Below, piece by piece: positions 9,649 through 19,464 of a DNA stretch of 64,000 bases. The DNA comes from Nitrososphaeria archaeon. Lineage in GTDB: Archaea > Thermoproteota > Nitrososphaeria > JACIWG01. The notes beneath the pieces were generated by a model, which was not told the origin of the DNA, ran no database searches, and saw only the letters and a program-made list of their open reading frames with translations. Made by a program: the position numbers and the translations under genes. Location of the stretch: assembly GCA_050011875.1 (NCBI GenBank), contig JBEKIG010000012.1, forward strand, positions 11,278-75,277. The letters run 5' to 3'. Each line of letters begins with the position of its first letter. Position 1 is the stretch's first letter.

Positions 9649-10368
9649 ATGGGAGAATTGATCGCGGAAAATGGTATACGCCTTGATGGGCGTAAGTTAG
9701 ACGAACTAAGACCTGTAAAGATTGAGGTAGGAGTAATAAAGAATGCGGATGGTTCAGCGTACATAGAATTCGGCAATAACAAGATTGTCGCTGCAGTTTA
9801 TGGACCTCGAGAAGCGCATCCAAAGCACCTTTCTCTTCCAGATAAGGCGTTCATTAGATGCAGATATCATATGTCACCGTTTTCCACAGAAGAAAGGAAG
9901 CCGCCACAACCAACAAGAAGAGAAATTGAAATTTCGCTAGTTTTACGCAGAGCCATGGAATGTGCTGTCTTCCTAGAAGAGTATCCGAGGTCAATAATTG
10001 ACGTCTATGTTGAAGTTCTTCAGTCTGATGGTGGCTCTCGATGTGCTAGTATTACCGCGGTATCTGCTGCTTTAGCGGATAGTGGTATAGCAATGCATGA
10101 TCTAGTAGTTGGTTGTGCCGTAGGAAAGGCAGATGATCAAATAATCTTGGACTTAAGCGATAAGGAAGACAAGGAAGGTCAGGGTGATATTCCTGTTGCA
10201 TATATGCCAAATCTAGATAGGATTACCCTACTCCAATTTGATGGAATATTCACTGAAGAGGAGTTCAAGAAGGCTATCGAACTAGCGATTATAGGAAACA
10301 AGAAAGTCTATGAAATCTTAAGGAACGCGTTAACAGAAAAGTACTTTAAATTAGGAGAGGAAAAATAA
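9649..10368 (+). CDS. rrp41: Exosome exoribonuclease Rrp41
   Basis: RLDGRKLDELRP, ADGSA, VYGPRE, DGGSR. Confidence 0.97.
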   Translation: MGELIAENGIRLDGRKLDELRPVKIEVGVIKNADGSAYIEFGNNKIVAAVYGPREAHPKHLSLPDKAFIRCRYHMSPFSTEERKPPQPTRREIEISLVLRRAMECAVFLEEYPRSIIDVYVEVLQSDGGSRCASITAVSAALADSGIAMHDLVVGCAVGKADDQIILDLSDKEDKEGQGDIPVAYMPNLDRITLLQFDGIFTEEEFKKAIELAIIGNKKVYEILRNALTEKYFKLGEEK

Positions 10369-11184
10369 ATGTCTCTTAAAAAATCTCCAATAGTAGAGAA
10401 CCTAAGAAAGACACAGATGCTTGATCTAATGTCAAAGCAGAAAAGAGTTGATGGAAGAGCGTTTAATGAATATCGTCCAATTACGATAAAGCTGAATCCA
10501 ATACAGAAGGCTAACGGCTCAGCAGAAGTATCTATAGGTAATACAAAGGTGATCGCGGGAGTCAAAATAGCAACTGGGACACCTTTCCCTGATACACCAG
10601 ATCAGGGTCTCTTAGTGGTCAACGCAGAATTTCTTCCATTATCTTCCCCATTGATCGAACCTGGTCCACCCGACGAAGATTCAATAGAAGTTTCAAGGGT
10701 AGTGGATCGTGGAATAAGGGAGTCCCAAATGCTGGACCTGAACGCTTTAGTGATAGAAACAGGGAAATTAGTCAACTGTGTATTCGTTGATGTAGATATA
10801 TTGAACATGGATGGAAATCTCTTTGATGTAGCTTTCATAGCAGCCGCTTTGTCGCTTGCTACCGCGAAATTTGATAAGAAGATAGTGAAGGAGGATGGAA
10901 CAGAAGAAACCCAGAAGGTATCGTTGCCATTACGTTTGATCCCAGTGTCTGTTACATCAATAACAATCGGCGATAACATAATACTTGACCCAACTGCAGA
11001 AGAAGATTCTGTGCTTGATTCTAGGATGACAATAACCTTCGATGAACAAGGACATATATGCGCAGGGCAAAAAGGCGGATCTGTCGGTCTTCCTGTGGAA
11101 CAGTTATTTAAAATAGTTAGCATTTCCAAGGCTAAGGCAGAAGAAATACTGTTGATGATTAAGAAAGTGGTGGAGAATGCCTAA
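10369..11184 (+). CDS. rrp42: Exosome subunit Rrp42
   Basis: RVDGR, PFPDTPDQG, EPGPPDE, RVVDRGIRES, DGNL. Confidence 0.97.
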   Translation: MSLKKSPIVENLRKTQMLDLMSKQKRVDGRAFNEYRPITIKLNPIQKANGSAEVSIGNTKVIAGVKIATGTPFPDTPDQGLLVVNAEFLPLSSPLIEPGPPDEDSIEVSRVVDRGIRESQMLDLNALVIETGKLVNCVFVDVDILNMDGNLFDVAFIAAALSLATAKFDKKIVKEDGTEETQKVSLPLRLIPVSVTSITIGDNIILDPTAEEDSVLDSRMTITFDEQGHICAGQKGGSVGLPVEQLFKIVSISKAKAEEILLMIKKVVENA

Positions 11185-11389
11185 AGCAAAAACACCAAGA
11201 ACCACTAAAGGACTAGGTCCACGCTACGGTTCTACGGTTAGAAAACGCGTTTCTAAGGCTGTAACTGTTCTCAGGCAAGTTAGGCAGTGCCCATCATGTG
11301 GTTCTGAAAGATTTAAGAGAACTAGTGTTGGTATATGGGCTTGTAAAAAATGTGGTTACGTAGTTGCAGGTGGAGCTTACGAACTATAG
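11177..11389 (+). CDS. rpl37ae: 50S ribosomal protein L37Ae (eL43)
   Basis: GPRYG..VRK, CPSC...GIWACKKC, AGGAY. Confidence 0.97.
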   Translation: MPKAKTPRTTKGLGPRYGSTVRKRVSKAVTVLRQVRQCPSCGSERFKRTSVGIWACKKCGYVVAGGAYEL

Positions 11390-11405
11390 AATTTGGTGAT
11401 ATGAC

Positions 11406-11777
11406 ATGAGTGAAGAAATCCCTCCATGGTTAAAAGAAAGGCTTGCAAGATTTGAAGAAACCCAGAGAAACTTTCAATCGGTTCAGATACAGAAGAGGCA
11501 GGTCGAACTAGAAATCAACGATGTCGAACACGCTCTAAGTGAACTCAAGAAGACGGCAGATGAAGATCTCACGTACAGATTTTCAGGTCAGATATTGATT
11601 AAGGTTAACAAAGATGATCTTCTTAAGGAGCTAGAAGAAAAATTGGAGCTAGACAAGACAAGGACAACAATCTTGGCAAGGCAAGAAGAGAAGCTTAAAC
11701 AAAGTCTCGCTGAAATTCAAAGCAAAATAAGTGGTGCACTTTCAAATCAGCCTAATCAGGGTTTGAAAGAAAGCTAA
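11406..11777 (+). CDS. pfdB: Prefoldin beta subunit
   Basis: Coiled coil - beta hairpin (YRFSGQILIK) - coiled coil; conserved position. Confidence 0.9.
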   Translation: MSEEIPPWLKERLARFEETQRNFQSVQIQKRQVELEINDVEHALSELKKTADEDLTYRFSGQILIKVNKDDLLKELEEKLELDKTRTTILARQEEKLKQSLAEIQSKISGALSNQPNQGLKES

Positions 11778-11779
11778 GC

Positions 11780-12793
11780 ATGGAATCTCTTTTTTCTAAT
11801 ATAGATCGTCTTGAATTACTGACAGTTAAGAGGGTTTTCATTGTTACACATAGGCTTGGCGATGTGGACGCTTTCTGTGCAACATATGCCTTAAATTTTC
11901 TTTTAAAGAAAAAGAAGCCATCGATACAAATTGGTTTCATATTTCCAGGCGGTCTAGACTCTAAAGCTGAAGATCTTAGGAAGTACTTCCCAGTAGAATC
12001 GTCAGAAACAAAGGTCTTCGACAAATCTGACTTTGTAATCGTGGTTGACACCGGTTCTCCCAAACTACTAGACGAGTACTTTGAAATTCTAAAAAATACT
12101 GTGGCTCAAAAGCTATTAATAGACCATCATCCAATACAGGAAGAAAGTAAGCTCTTTTACAATTACCTTTATGTTGATCAGGAGACTACCTCTTCTTCTG
12201 AAATGGTTCTCACATTATTTAGGAAGTATTTTGTCGCTCTCCCATCTGATATGTCAAACCTCCTTTTGTTAGGGGTCCTTTTCGATACGAGACATCTTCT
12301 GGTGGCGCATGAAGAGACTATAAAGAACGTTTCATTTTTAATAGAATCGGGGGCTAGATTAAATTGGGGTCAAAACCTTATCACACATAAACATGATCGC
12401 TCGGAGGTTATCGCTAAACTAAAATCACTGTCAAGACTTAGTCTATATGAAGCTGGCGAAATAATAGTAGCTATTGTCAAGGTCGGATCATTCCATGTAT
12501 CAGTCGCAAATTTTCTCGTTGGCGTAGGCTGTGATATTGTGATAGCTTATGGGAAAGAGGACAGTCTGCTTAAAGGAAGTATCAGATGCTCTATCGAAGT
12601 AGGTAGGAACGAACTGGTCGCACTAAACGTTCTAGCTGAAACTCTTGGGAAGACATTTAATGGCGTTGGGGGAGGTCACAGGCTAGCCTCTTCCTTTAAT
12701 ATTCAATCCGATGAAAACGAGTTTATTTCGACAGCTCTTAATTTAATTGAGAGTATGTTATCTAAAAAAATAAGGAAACTACCATTAAAATAG
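11780..12793 (+). CDS. DHH-family phosphoesterase (NrnA-like)
   Basis: THRLGDVDA, VVDT, IDHH, GGGH; usual neighbour of pfdB. Confidence 0.85.
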   Translation: MESLFSNIDRLELLTVKRVFIVTHRLGDVDAFCATYALNFLLKKKKPSIQIGFIFPGGLDSKAEDLRKYFPVESSETKVFDKSDFVIVVDTGSPKLLDEYFEILKNTVAQKLLIDHHPIQEESKLFYNYLYVDQETTSSSEMVLTLFRKYFVALPSDMSNLLLLGVLFDTRHLLVAHEETIKNVSFLIESGARLNWGQNLITHKHDRSEVIAKLKSLSRLSLYEAGEIIVAIVKVGSFHVSVANFLVGVGCDIVIAYGKEDSLLKGSIRCSIEVGRNELVALNVLAETLGKTFNGVGGGHRLASSFNIQSDENEFISTALNLIESMLSKKIRKLPLK

Positions 12794-12827
12794 TAATATC
12801 CTTTTATATTGTATTTTTGTCTGCTAT

Positions 12828-13688
12828 GTGGAAACGTTGGCCCCTCCAATACAGTTTATTGACTTCAGCTTTTCCTATCTAGGATCATCCGCCCCTATTC
12901 TGAAGAATATCAATTTGGAAATTAACGAAGGTGAGTTTGTCCTATTAGTAGGCCCAAGCGGTTGTGGAAAGTCAACTCTATTGAGATGTGTTAATGGCCT
13001 TATCCCTCATTTATACAATGGAGTATATCAGGGTAAGGTCATCGTAGACGGGGAAATTGTGTCTGAAAAAAGTGTTAGTGAGTTAGCGACGAAGGTTGGT
13101 TTTGTCTTTCAGAACCCTGAAAACCAGATTTTTATGTTTACTGTCGAAAAGGACATCGTCTTTGGTCTAGAGAATATAAGGGTTGATAGGGAAGAAATAA
13201 GTAGACGAATTTCTTGGGTTCTAAAGACATTAAATATAGAGCATTTAAAAGATCGAGCTCCTTACGAGCTATCGGATGGACAGAAACAGAGGGTTGCGAT
13301 TGCAGGAACGCTTGTTATGAATCCGAAGATATTGATACTTGATGAACCTACATCCCTTTTAGATCCCCGAACGGCCTACGACTTTATTCTTACACTGAAA
13401 AGGTTGAATAAAGAACTTGGTATAACAGTAATTGTTGTAGAACACAGAATCGACTTACTTACAAATGTTGCGGACAGAATTGTCGTTATGGATAATGGAA
13501 AGATCATGCATGACGGTCCTTTAAGAGACATAATAAAGCTGAAAGATCTGTATCTTTACGGTGTCTCTGTTCCTCCGATAATAGCGCTGCAAAACAGTCT
13601 TTCTGAATCTCAAATAAAACTACCAAACTTTTGTTTGAATGTTAAAGACTTTGCCAAAATGGTAAAAGAAGAGGTTTCTAGTAAATGA
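12828..13688 (+). CDS. ecfA1: ECF transporter ATPase A1
   Basis: GPSGCGKST, FQNPENQ, LSDGQKQR, LDEP. Confidence 0.9.
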   Translation: METLAPPIQFIDFSFSYLGSSAPILKNINLEINEGEFVLLVGPSGCGKSTLLRCVNGLIPHLYNGVYQGKVIVDGEIVSEKSVSELATKVGFVFQNPENQIFMFTVEKDIVFGLENIRVDREEISRRISWVLKTLNIEHLKDRAPYELSDGQKQRVAIAGTLVMNPKILILDEPTSLLDPRTAYDFILTLKRLNKELGITVIVVEHRIDLLTNVADRIVVMDNGKIMHDGPLRDIIKLKDLYLYGVSVPPIIALQNSLSESQIKLPNFCLNVKDFAKMVKEEVSSK

Positions 13689-14506
13689 TAGAAATCGATT
13701 CTCTCTACTTCAAGTATCCGATGGCAAAAGATAACATCTTAAAGAACATTAATCTAAAAATTGGTTTAGGTGAAGCTGTTGCTATAATGGGCAGCAATGG
13801 TTCTGGAAAAACTACTCTTATAAAGCATTTTAATGGTTTGCTCAAGCCTAATGAAGGTTCTGTCAAGGTTTTTGGGAAAGATACCCGTGATGAATCAGTG
13901 GCTTTCCTCTCAAAGAGGGTTGGTCTGGTTTTTCAAAATTCCGGACATCAGATATTTTCTGATACAGTTTGGAATGAGTTAGCCTTTGCACTGAAGAACT
14001 TTAACTTAGAAGAAGAGGTTATAAATAAGAGGGTTAAATGGGCTCTGGAGTTTTTTAACTTAACACAATATAAGGACACTTCTCCGCTTCTCCTAAGTGG
14101 TGGTGAAAAGAAGAGGTTATGTCTAGCATCCGTTCTAGCTTGGAATCCAGATTATGTTATTCTAGACGAGCCTACAGTTGGCCAAGATTTTCTTCAAAAG
14201 GAAAAACTTAGGGAAGTTATCAAGATGTTGATTACACAGAATAAATCGGTTATAATAGTATCGCATGATGTCGAATTCGTATGGCTTCTGCAACCGAGAT
14301 CGGTTTTGTTGTCTAACGGTGAAGTGGTCAAAGACGATAAATGTATTAACGTCTTCAAGGACAAAGATTCTCTAGAGAGATGCGAAATAATAAATCCTCA
14401 GTTCGTTGAGCTCCAAGAAGAGCTTTCCACTTTGATCTCAAGTCCTCCGATAGACGTTCTTGAATCAAGAGCCGTTCTCTTGAATCTTTTCAAGGAGGAT
14501 ACGTAA
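13685..14506 (+). CDS. ecfA2: ECF transporter ATPase A2
   Basis: GSNGSGKTT, LSGGEKKR, LDEPTVGQD. Confidence 0.9.
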   Translation: MIEIDSLYFKYPMAKDNILKNINLKIGLGEAVAIMGSNGSGKTTLIKHFNGLLKPNEGSVKVFGKDTRDESVAFLSKRVGLVFQNSGHQIFSDTVWNELAFALKNFNLEEEVINKRVKWALEFFNLTQYKDTSPLLLSGGEKKRLCLASVLAWNPDYVILDEPTVGQDFLQKEKLREVIKMLITQNKSVIIVSHDVEFVWLLQPRSVLLSNGEVVKDDKCINVFKDKDSLERCEIINPQFVELQEELSTLISSPPIDVLESRAVLLNLFKEDT

Positions 14507-14508
14507 TC

Positions 14509-15243
14509 TTGTTCTGGCTTGCTCAAGGCTTAATCTACCGAAGTCAGAAAAGCCCTTTCCATTCACTTGATCCGAGGATCAAATTGTTTTTCTCAATAAT
14601 GTTGTTTTCACTATCATTATTAAGTGGCACGATACTAGAATTTATTGTAATCCTATCAATAATCCTCCTCATAGGACTTGTCTCTAAGGTTATTAAGAGG
14701 ATGGCTAAGACAATAGTTTTTTCGGCTTCCTTTTTAGTTCTTATATTTATAATAGATATATTGGTTGGATATAGCATACTCTTCTCCGTAATAGTATGCT
14801 TGAGATTCGTCTCTGTGGTCTCTTCTTCTTCTATATTCTTCTTAACCACATCTCCCGACGAACTTGAGCTTGTAATGAAAACATTCCGTTTACCATATGA
14901 TCTGATTTTTGCTTTTGTGACCGCGGTACGATTTGTCCCTGTAATAATGCTTGATGCACTTCAGATCTTGGATTCCCAAAAATCAAGGGGTCTAGAAATA
15001 GAGAAAGGTAACATAATGAAGAGAATAAGGAACTATCTTCCTGTTCTGGTTCCTTTGATAGTTCAGTCAATAATCAGAAGTGAAGAGCTTGCTGAAGCAA
15101 TGGAGTCAAGGGCGTACGGTTTCTCCAAGAAAAAGACATCATATTATTCTTTACATCTTAGGAAAAGGGACTACCTAGCTTCTGTTCTATGTTTGATTTT
15201 CATAATACAGTTTATAATACTCGTATACTTCTTGCACATATAG
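14509..15243 (+). CDS. ecfT: ECF transmembrane component T
   Basis: LDPRIK, RFVP, SQKSRG, AMESRAY motifs. Confidence 0.9.
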   Translation: MFWLAQGLIYRSQKSPFHSLDPRIKLFFSIMLFSLSLLSGTILEFIVILSIILLIGLVSKVIKRMAKTIVFSASFLVLIFIIDILVGYSILFSVIVCLRFVSVVSSSSIFFLTTSPDELELVMKTFRLPYDLIFAFVTAVRFVPVIMLDALQILDSQKSRGLEIEKGNIMKRIRNYLPVLVPLIVQSIIRSEELAEAMESRAYGFSKKKTSYYSLHLRKRDYLASVLCLIFIIQFIILVYFLHI

Positions 15244-15246
15244 AAG

Positions 15247-15918
15247 ATGGGTATGAGCTACATTATCGTGGATCACAGAGAGTCCAAGTCTTCGGTGCCA
15301 TTTCTGTTAAAGGAAATGGGCATCAGAGTTGAATTCAAATTTTTGGAAATTGGTGATTACATTATAAACTCTGAAATAGCTGTTGAAAGGAAGACTCTAC
15401 ACGATTTTATTTCCTCTCTATTTGATGGCCGCCTATTTCAACAGGTAGACCGTCTCTCATCAAATTACTCTTCACCTTTTCTGATAGTTGAAGGGAACTA
15501 TAGCGAAATTGAGGTATACGTTCAAAATCCGAAGTCAGTATACGGTGCATTAGTGTCCCTTCTGTTGATCTATAGGATCAATTTGATCAATGTACCTTCT
15601 GAAAGAGAAACAGCTGTTGTGCTGTCTTCATTAGCTAAACAATTTTCTAGGAAGCCCTCTTATTCCATAAAACATGCAAAGAAAGAAAGCTTCATAGACC
15701 AACAGATTTACGTTATTTCTTCTCTGCCAAGTGTGGGAAAAACGATTGCCACCAGGCTCCTGGAGCAGTTTGGTTCACCAAAGGAAGTTTTCCTAGCCTC
15801 TACTGACGAACTTGCAAAAATTAAAGGCTTAGGGCCTAAAAGAGCAAGAGAAATAAGATCATTGCTTGATACTTCATGGAAAAGATACAGAAATTACTTC
15901 GAAAACATAGGCAAATAA
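15247..15918 (+). CDS. xpf: Short XPF/ERCC4 structure-specific nuclease
   Basis: VDHRE, GDY, VERKT..DF..S..DGRL and tandem HhH; no helicase domain. Confidence 0.9.
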   Translation: MGMSYIIVDHRESKSSVPFLLKEMGIRVEFKFLEIGDYIINSEIAVERKTLHDFISSLFDGRLFQQVDRLSSNYSSPFLIVEGNYSEIEVYVQNPKSVYGALVSLLLIYRINLINVPSERETAVVLSSLAKQFSRKPSYSIKHAKKESFIDQQIYVISSLPSVGKTIATRLLEQFGSPKEVFLASTDELAKIKGLGPKRAREIRSLLDTSWKRYRNYFENIGK

Positions 15919-15950
15919 CCTTTTTATTCTCTTAAAATCAACCAAAAAAC

Positions 15951-16553
15951 ATGAGCAATAATAGCACAAAGGTCAAAGACAAGGCTATTATTCTCTTAGA
16001 CGTAATCAAGGAAAATTTATCTCAACTTGAAGAAAAAGAAGTTGAACAGTTCATCGAAATTCTGAAATCCCATAAAAATAATAAACTCCTAATCATGGGT
16101 GCAGGAAGAAGTGGACTTGTCGGACGGGCCTTCGCAATGCGTTTGCTTCACCTAGGCTTTAATGCATTCGTCCTCGGAGATACAATCGTGCCTTCAATAG
16201 ACAAGGACGACCTAGTTATTGCTATATCTGGCTCTGGTTCTACGAAATTGATTGTTACAGCTGCTCAAGCAGCTCAACAAGTTGGCGCTAAAATTGTATC
16301 CTTAACGTCTTATCCTTCTTCGCCACTTGCTAAACTATCAACTCATACGGTGCTTCTTAGAGGTCGAATAGAAGTGTCTACAAAAGACTATTTTGCAAGG
16401 CAGATATTAGGTTTGCATGAACCTCTAGCCCCTCTCGGCACTGTCTTTGAGGATAGCGCGATGTTGCTTCTGGATTCTGTCATAGCATCATTGATGGTGC
16501 AACTTAATGTTGAAGAGGCAGAGATGCGTAGGAGGCATGCCAACATCGAATAG
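15951..16553 (+). CDS. hxlB: 6-phospho-3-hexuloisomerase
   Basis: GAGRSGLV, FAMRL.HLG, ISGSGST, APLGT.FE, HANIE terminus. Confidence 0.95.
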   Translation: MSNNSTKVKDKAIILLDVIKENLSQLEEKEVEQFIEILKSHKNNKLLIMGAGRSGLVGRAFAMRLLHLGFNAFVLGDTIVPSIDKDDLVIAISGSGSTKLIVTAAQAAQQVGAKIVSLTSYPSSPLAKLSTHTVLLRGRIEVSTKDYFARQILGLHEPLAPLGTVFEDSAMLLLDSVIASLMVQLNVEEAEMRRRHANIE

Positions 16554-16607
16554 ATTTACCAAAATCTTTTAAAAGTATCTGTTTAGTGGTTTAGTGTATG
16601 ATTTACT

Positions 16608-18831
16608 ATGCCAAGATATAAGTCTACTACGGAAGCATTAAAGATAATAGGCAACAAAGATCAGATTCGAAAGGCCTAGAAATAACAATTCTAGCCCGAA
16701 TTATCTGGGCGTTGTTGCTCACGTAGACCACGGTAAAACGACAATGAGCGATAGCCTCCTAGCCGCATGCGGTATGCTCAGTCCTTCCCTCGCTGGGCAA
16801 GCGCTAGCTCTGGATTATATGGACTTGGAACAACAAAGGCAGATGACCATCAAAGCAGCAAACGTCACACTTTACTATGAGCAAGATAATGTTCCATATG
16901 TTATTAACCTTATCGACACACCTGGTCACATCGACTTTACCGGTAGAGTTACGAGAAGTTTGCGCGCAATCGACGGTGTTGTTGTTGTTTCTGATGCAGT
17001 TGAAGGCGTAATGACGCAGACTGAAACCGTTACTAGGCAGGCTTTAGAAGAGAGGGTTCGTCCTGTACTTTATATTAATAAGATTGATCGATTAATCAAG
17101 GAACTTAAGCTTCCACCTGAAAAGATGCAGGCTTGGCTTGCGAACATTATTAACGATTTTAATAATCTGATTGATATATATGCTGAGACCGAATATAAAG
17201 ATAAGTGGAAGGTTAGCATACAAGATAGCAGCGTCGCTTTTGGTTCAGCAAAAGACAGATGGGGCTTCAACTTTACGACCACTCAGAAGAGAAGTGTAAA
17301 ATTCAGCGATATCTACAAGGCTTATGAAGAAGGTGATATGAAAACTCTCTCGGAAAATTTTCCGTTACACGAAGCCATTCTTTCAATGGTTATTAAACAT
17401 CACCCACCTCCACATGTCGCTCAACGATATCGTATTCCAAAAATATGGAAGGGTGACCCGGATTCTGAAATCGGTCAATCGTTGGTTAACTGCGATGAAA
17501 AGGGTCCGATCGTAATGATGGTTACAAACGTTGTAGTGGACCCTCAAGCCGGAGTCGTCGCCGTTGGAAGGCTGTTCTCTGGAACAGTTCATGATGGTGA
17601 TGTAGTATACCTGCACGACGCTAAGACTCAAGCGAGGATACAATCGGTTAACATGTTCATGGGTCCTTTTAGAGAACTCATAGGTGTCTTAGGTTCTGGC
17701 AATATACCTGCTCTGCTAGGACTGGACGCCGCCAGGTCAGGAGAAACGGTTTCCTCAGTCAAAGATATAACACCATTTGAGGTGATAAAGTACGTTTCCG
17801 AACCTGTTGTCACAATTGCTGTTGAGCCAAAGTTTCCGCGTGATCTACCTAAATTGATTGATACCTTAAGAAGAATCTCTATCGAAGACCCAAACCTCGT
17901 CGTCAAAATCAATGAAGAAACAGGAGAAATGCTGATGGCCGGTATGGGTGTATTACATCTTGAAATCGCAACCACTCTCATACAACAGGCAGGGCTTGAA
18001 ATTGTGACGACTGAACCTTTGATTAACTATCGTGAGACAATCACAGGTTCAGCAGGTCCAATCATGTCCAAATCACCTAATAAACATAACCGCATCTTCA
18101 TCAAAGTAGAACCCCTTACCCCTGAAATAATTGAATTAATCAGGAATAACACAATCAACGAACAGCTTGATAAAAAGACGGTGGCCAAAATATTAAGAGA
18201 GCACGGCTGGGACGCAGATGAAGCGAGGAATGTTGTTTTAGTTGATAACAAAGGAAACATATTCGTTGACGCAACTAAGGGTGTACAATTTATGCAAGAG
18301 TCAATAGATTCGATAAAGGTTGGTTTTTCGAATGTGATGGAGAATGGTCCTTTAGCGCAGGAAGCGTGTAGAGGCATTAAAGTTATACTTCATCACGCAG
18401 AATTTCACGAGGATTCAGCACATAGAACATATGCGCAGCTTCTACCGGCTTCTAGAAGCGCAATATTGGGTGCAATGCTCCTAGCGAATCCAACGCTTCT
18501 CGAACCGATATTAGGTATCGAAGTCAAAGGAAGCAGCGATCTTATAGGTGCTATCGCAGGTGTTATTTCAGGTAGAAGAGGAAGAATGCTTGATGTCCAA
18601 CAAAAGGGTATTCTGACGATAATCGAGGGCGTAATTCCTGCATCTGAAACATTCGATCTTAGTGAAGCTATGAGGGGAGCTACGGCAGGTAAAGCTATGT
18701 GGAATACCCATTTCAAAGAATGGAATATAGTTCCCCAAAGTCTATTACCGCAGTTAATCGTATCAATCAGGAAGAGGAAGGGTCTAAGCGAAACGTCACC
18801 TACAGCGGATGAGTTCATCGACAAAGAATGA
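16608..18831 (+). CDS. fusA: Elongation factor EF-2, two exons: join(16608..16671,16703..18831), 730 aa
   Basis: Exon 1 MPRYKSTTEALKIIGNKDQIR is the typical EF-2 N-terminus; exon 2 gives LGVVAHVDHGKTT, DTPGH, NKID and the domain IV HED..HR motif; the two parts are in different frames separated by 31 nt. Confidence 0.93.
16672..16702 (+). other. 31-nt bulge-helix-bulge intron in EF-2 mRNA
   Basis: UCAGA(16661-65)/UCUGG(16704-08) outer helix; UUCG(16666-69)/CGAA(16697-700) 4-bp central helix; 3-nt bulges AAA(16670-72) and UUA(16701-03); inner GG-CUAGAA/UUCUAG-CC stem; removal yields codon AAT (Asn) in frame. Confidence 0.88.
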
Positions 18832-19110
18832 TCATCCATACCCTTTTCCTATGTTTTCTTCCTCAGCATTCTTCCACTCCTTTAGAAAGTTCTTTAATAT
18901 TCTAGTTGACTAACTATCGACTAAGCTGATAATCCTTATCTTGCCGAATCTTTTTTGCATTATTAATCCATTTCTTCAAGTTCGATTAGGTACTTTATTG
19001 CTAATGGATAGGCTATTTGCGTTCTTCTCAAAAGCGCAGAAATATTAATTTCTTCTTCCTCTAATAGTATTTGCAATATCTTAGACTTTCCACTGCTGCA
19101 GAAGGATTCT
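18832..19110 (-). pseudogene. Decayed ArsR-like winged-helix gene
   Basis: Reads SGKSKILQILLEEEEINISALLRRTQIAYPLAIKYLIELEE / LIMQKRFGKIRII across a frameshift and internal stops. Confidence 0.6.
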
Positions 19111-19114
19111 TATT

Positions 19115-19300
19115 AGGCCAGAATTGGGTATATTTTAGAGGTTCCGTGTTATATTTTTTACAAGTTACATCATATTCTGCTCTAATTCCTTTGATGTAAC
19201 CTTTTCTCCAAAGTTCTCCTTTTAGCATCTTCGATAATGATAAGAGTATGAACTTCCCGTGATCATCTAAATAGCTCAGTCCTCTTTTCCAATCCTTGAT
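19115..19300 (-). pseudogene. Cdc6/Orc1 C-terminal winged-helix remnant
   Basis: LSYLDDHGKFILLSLSKML...EYDVTCKKYNTEPLKYTQFW resembles the Orc1/Cdc6 WH consensus (L..H.K.LL.A...EY..VC..Y..EP..HTQFW); no start and no AAA+ domain. Confidence 0.55.
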
Positions 19301-19464
19301 ATTAGGTCTACAGTTTCACTTTTTACTGCAAAATATGTTAGGGCTCGGCACTCAAGATCTATCTCATGAAAGATCGATGCCGTTTTTCCTCATCGCCCTA
19401 CAAAAATATATTTAATAACTAATTTATAGACGTTTGTCTTGGAACCAAGCAGACAGGCGATGAT

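Noticed and set aside
16672-16702. EF-2 break as a sequencing frameshift, programmed frameshift or pseudogene
   Set aside because: A simple frameshift would leave about 10 extra residues inside a conserved motif; the exact BHB geometry predicts the same junction as protein conservation; the rest of the gene is intact.
16744-18831. 695-aa ORF-track call as the complete EF-2
   Set aside because: It starts after the GKT P-loop, so it could not bind GTP.
19080-19460. Replication origin (ORB boxes) beside the cdc6 relic
   Set aside because: I found no repeated TCCA-N-TGGAA/G-string ORB motifs by eye.
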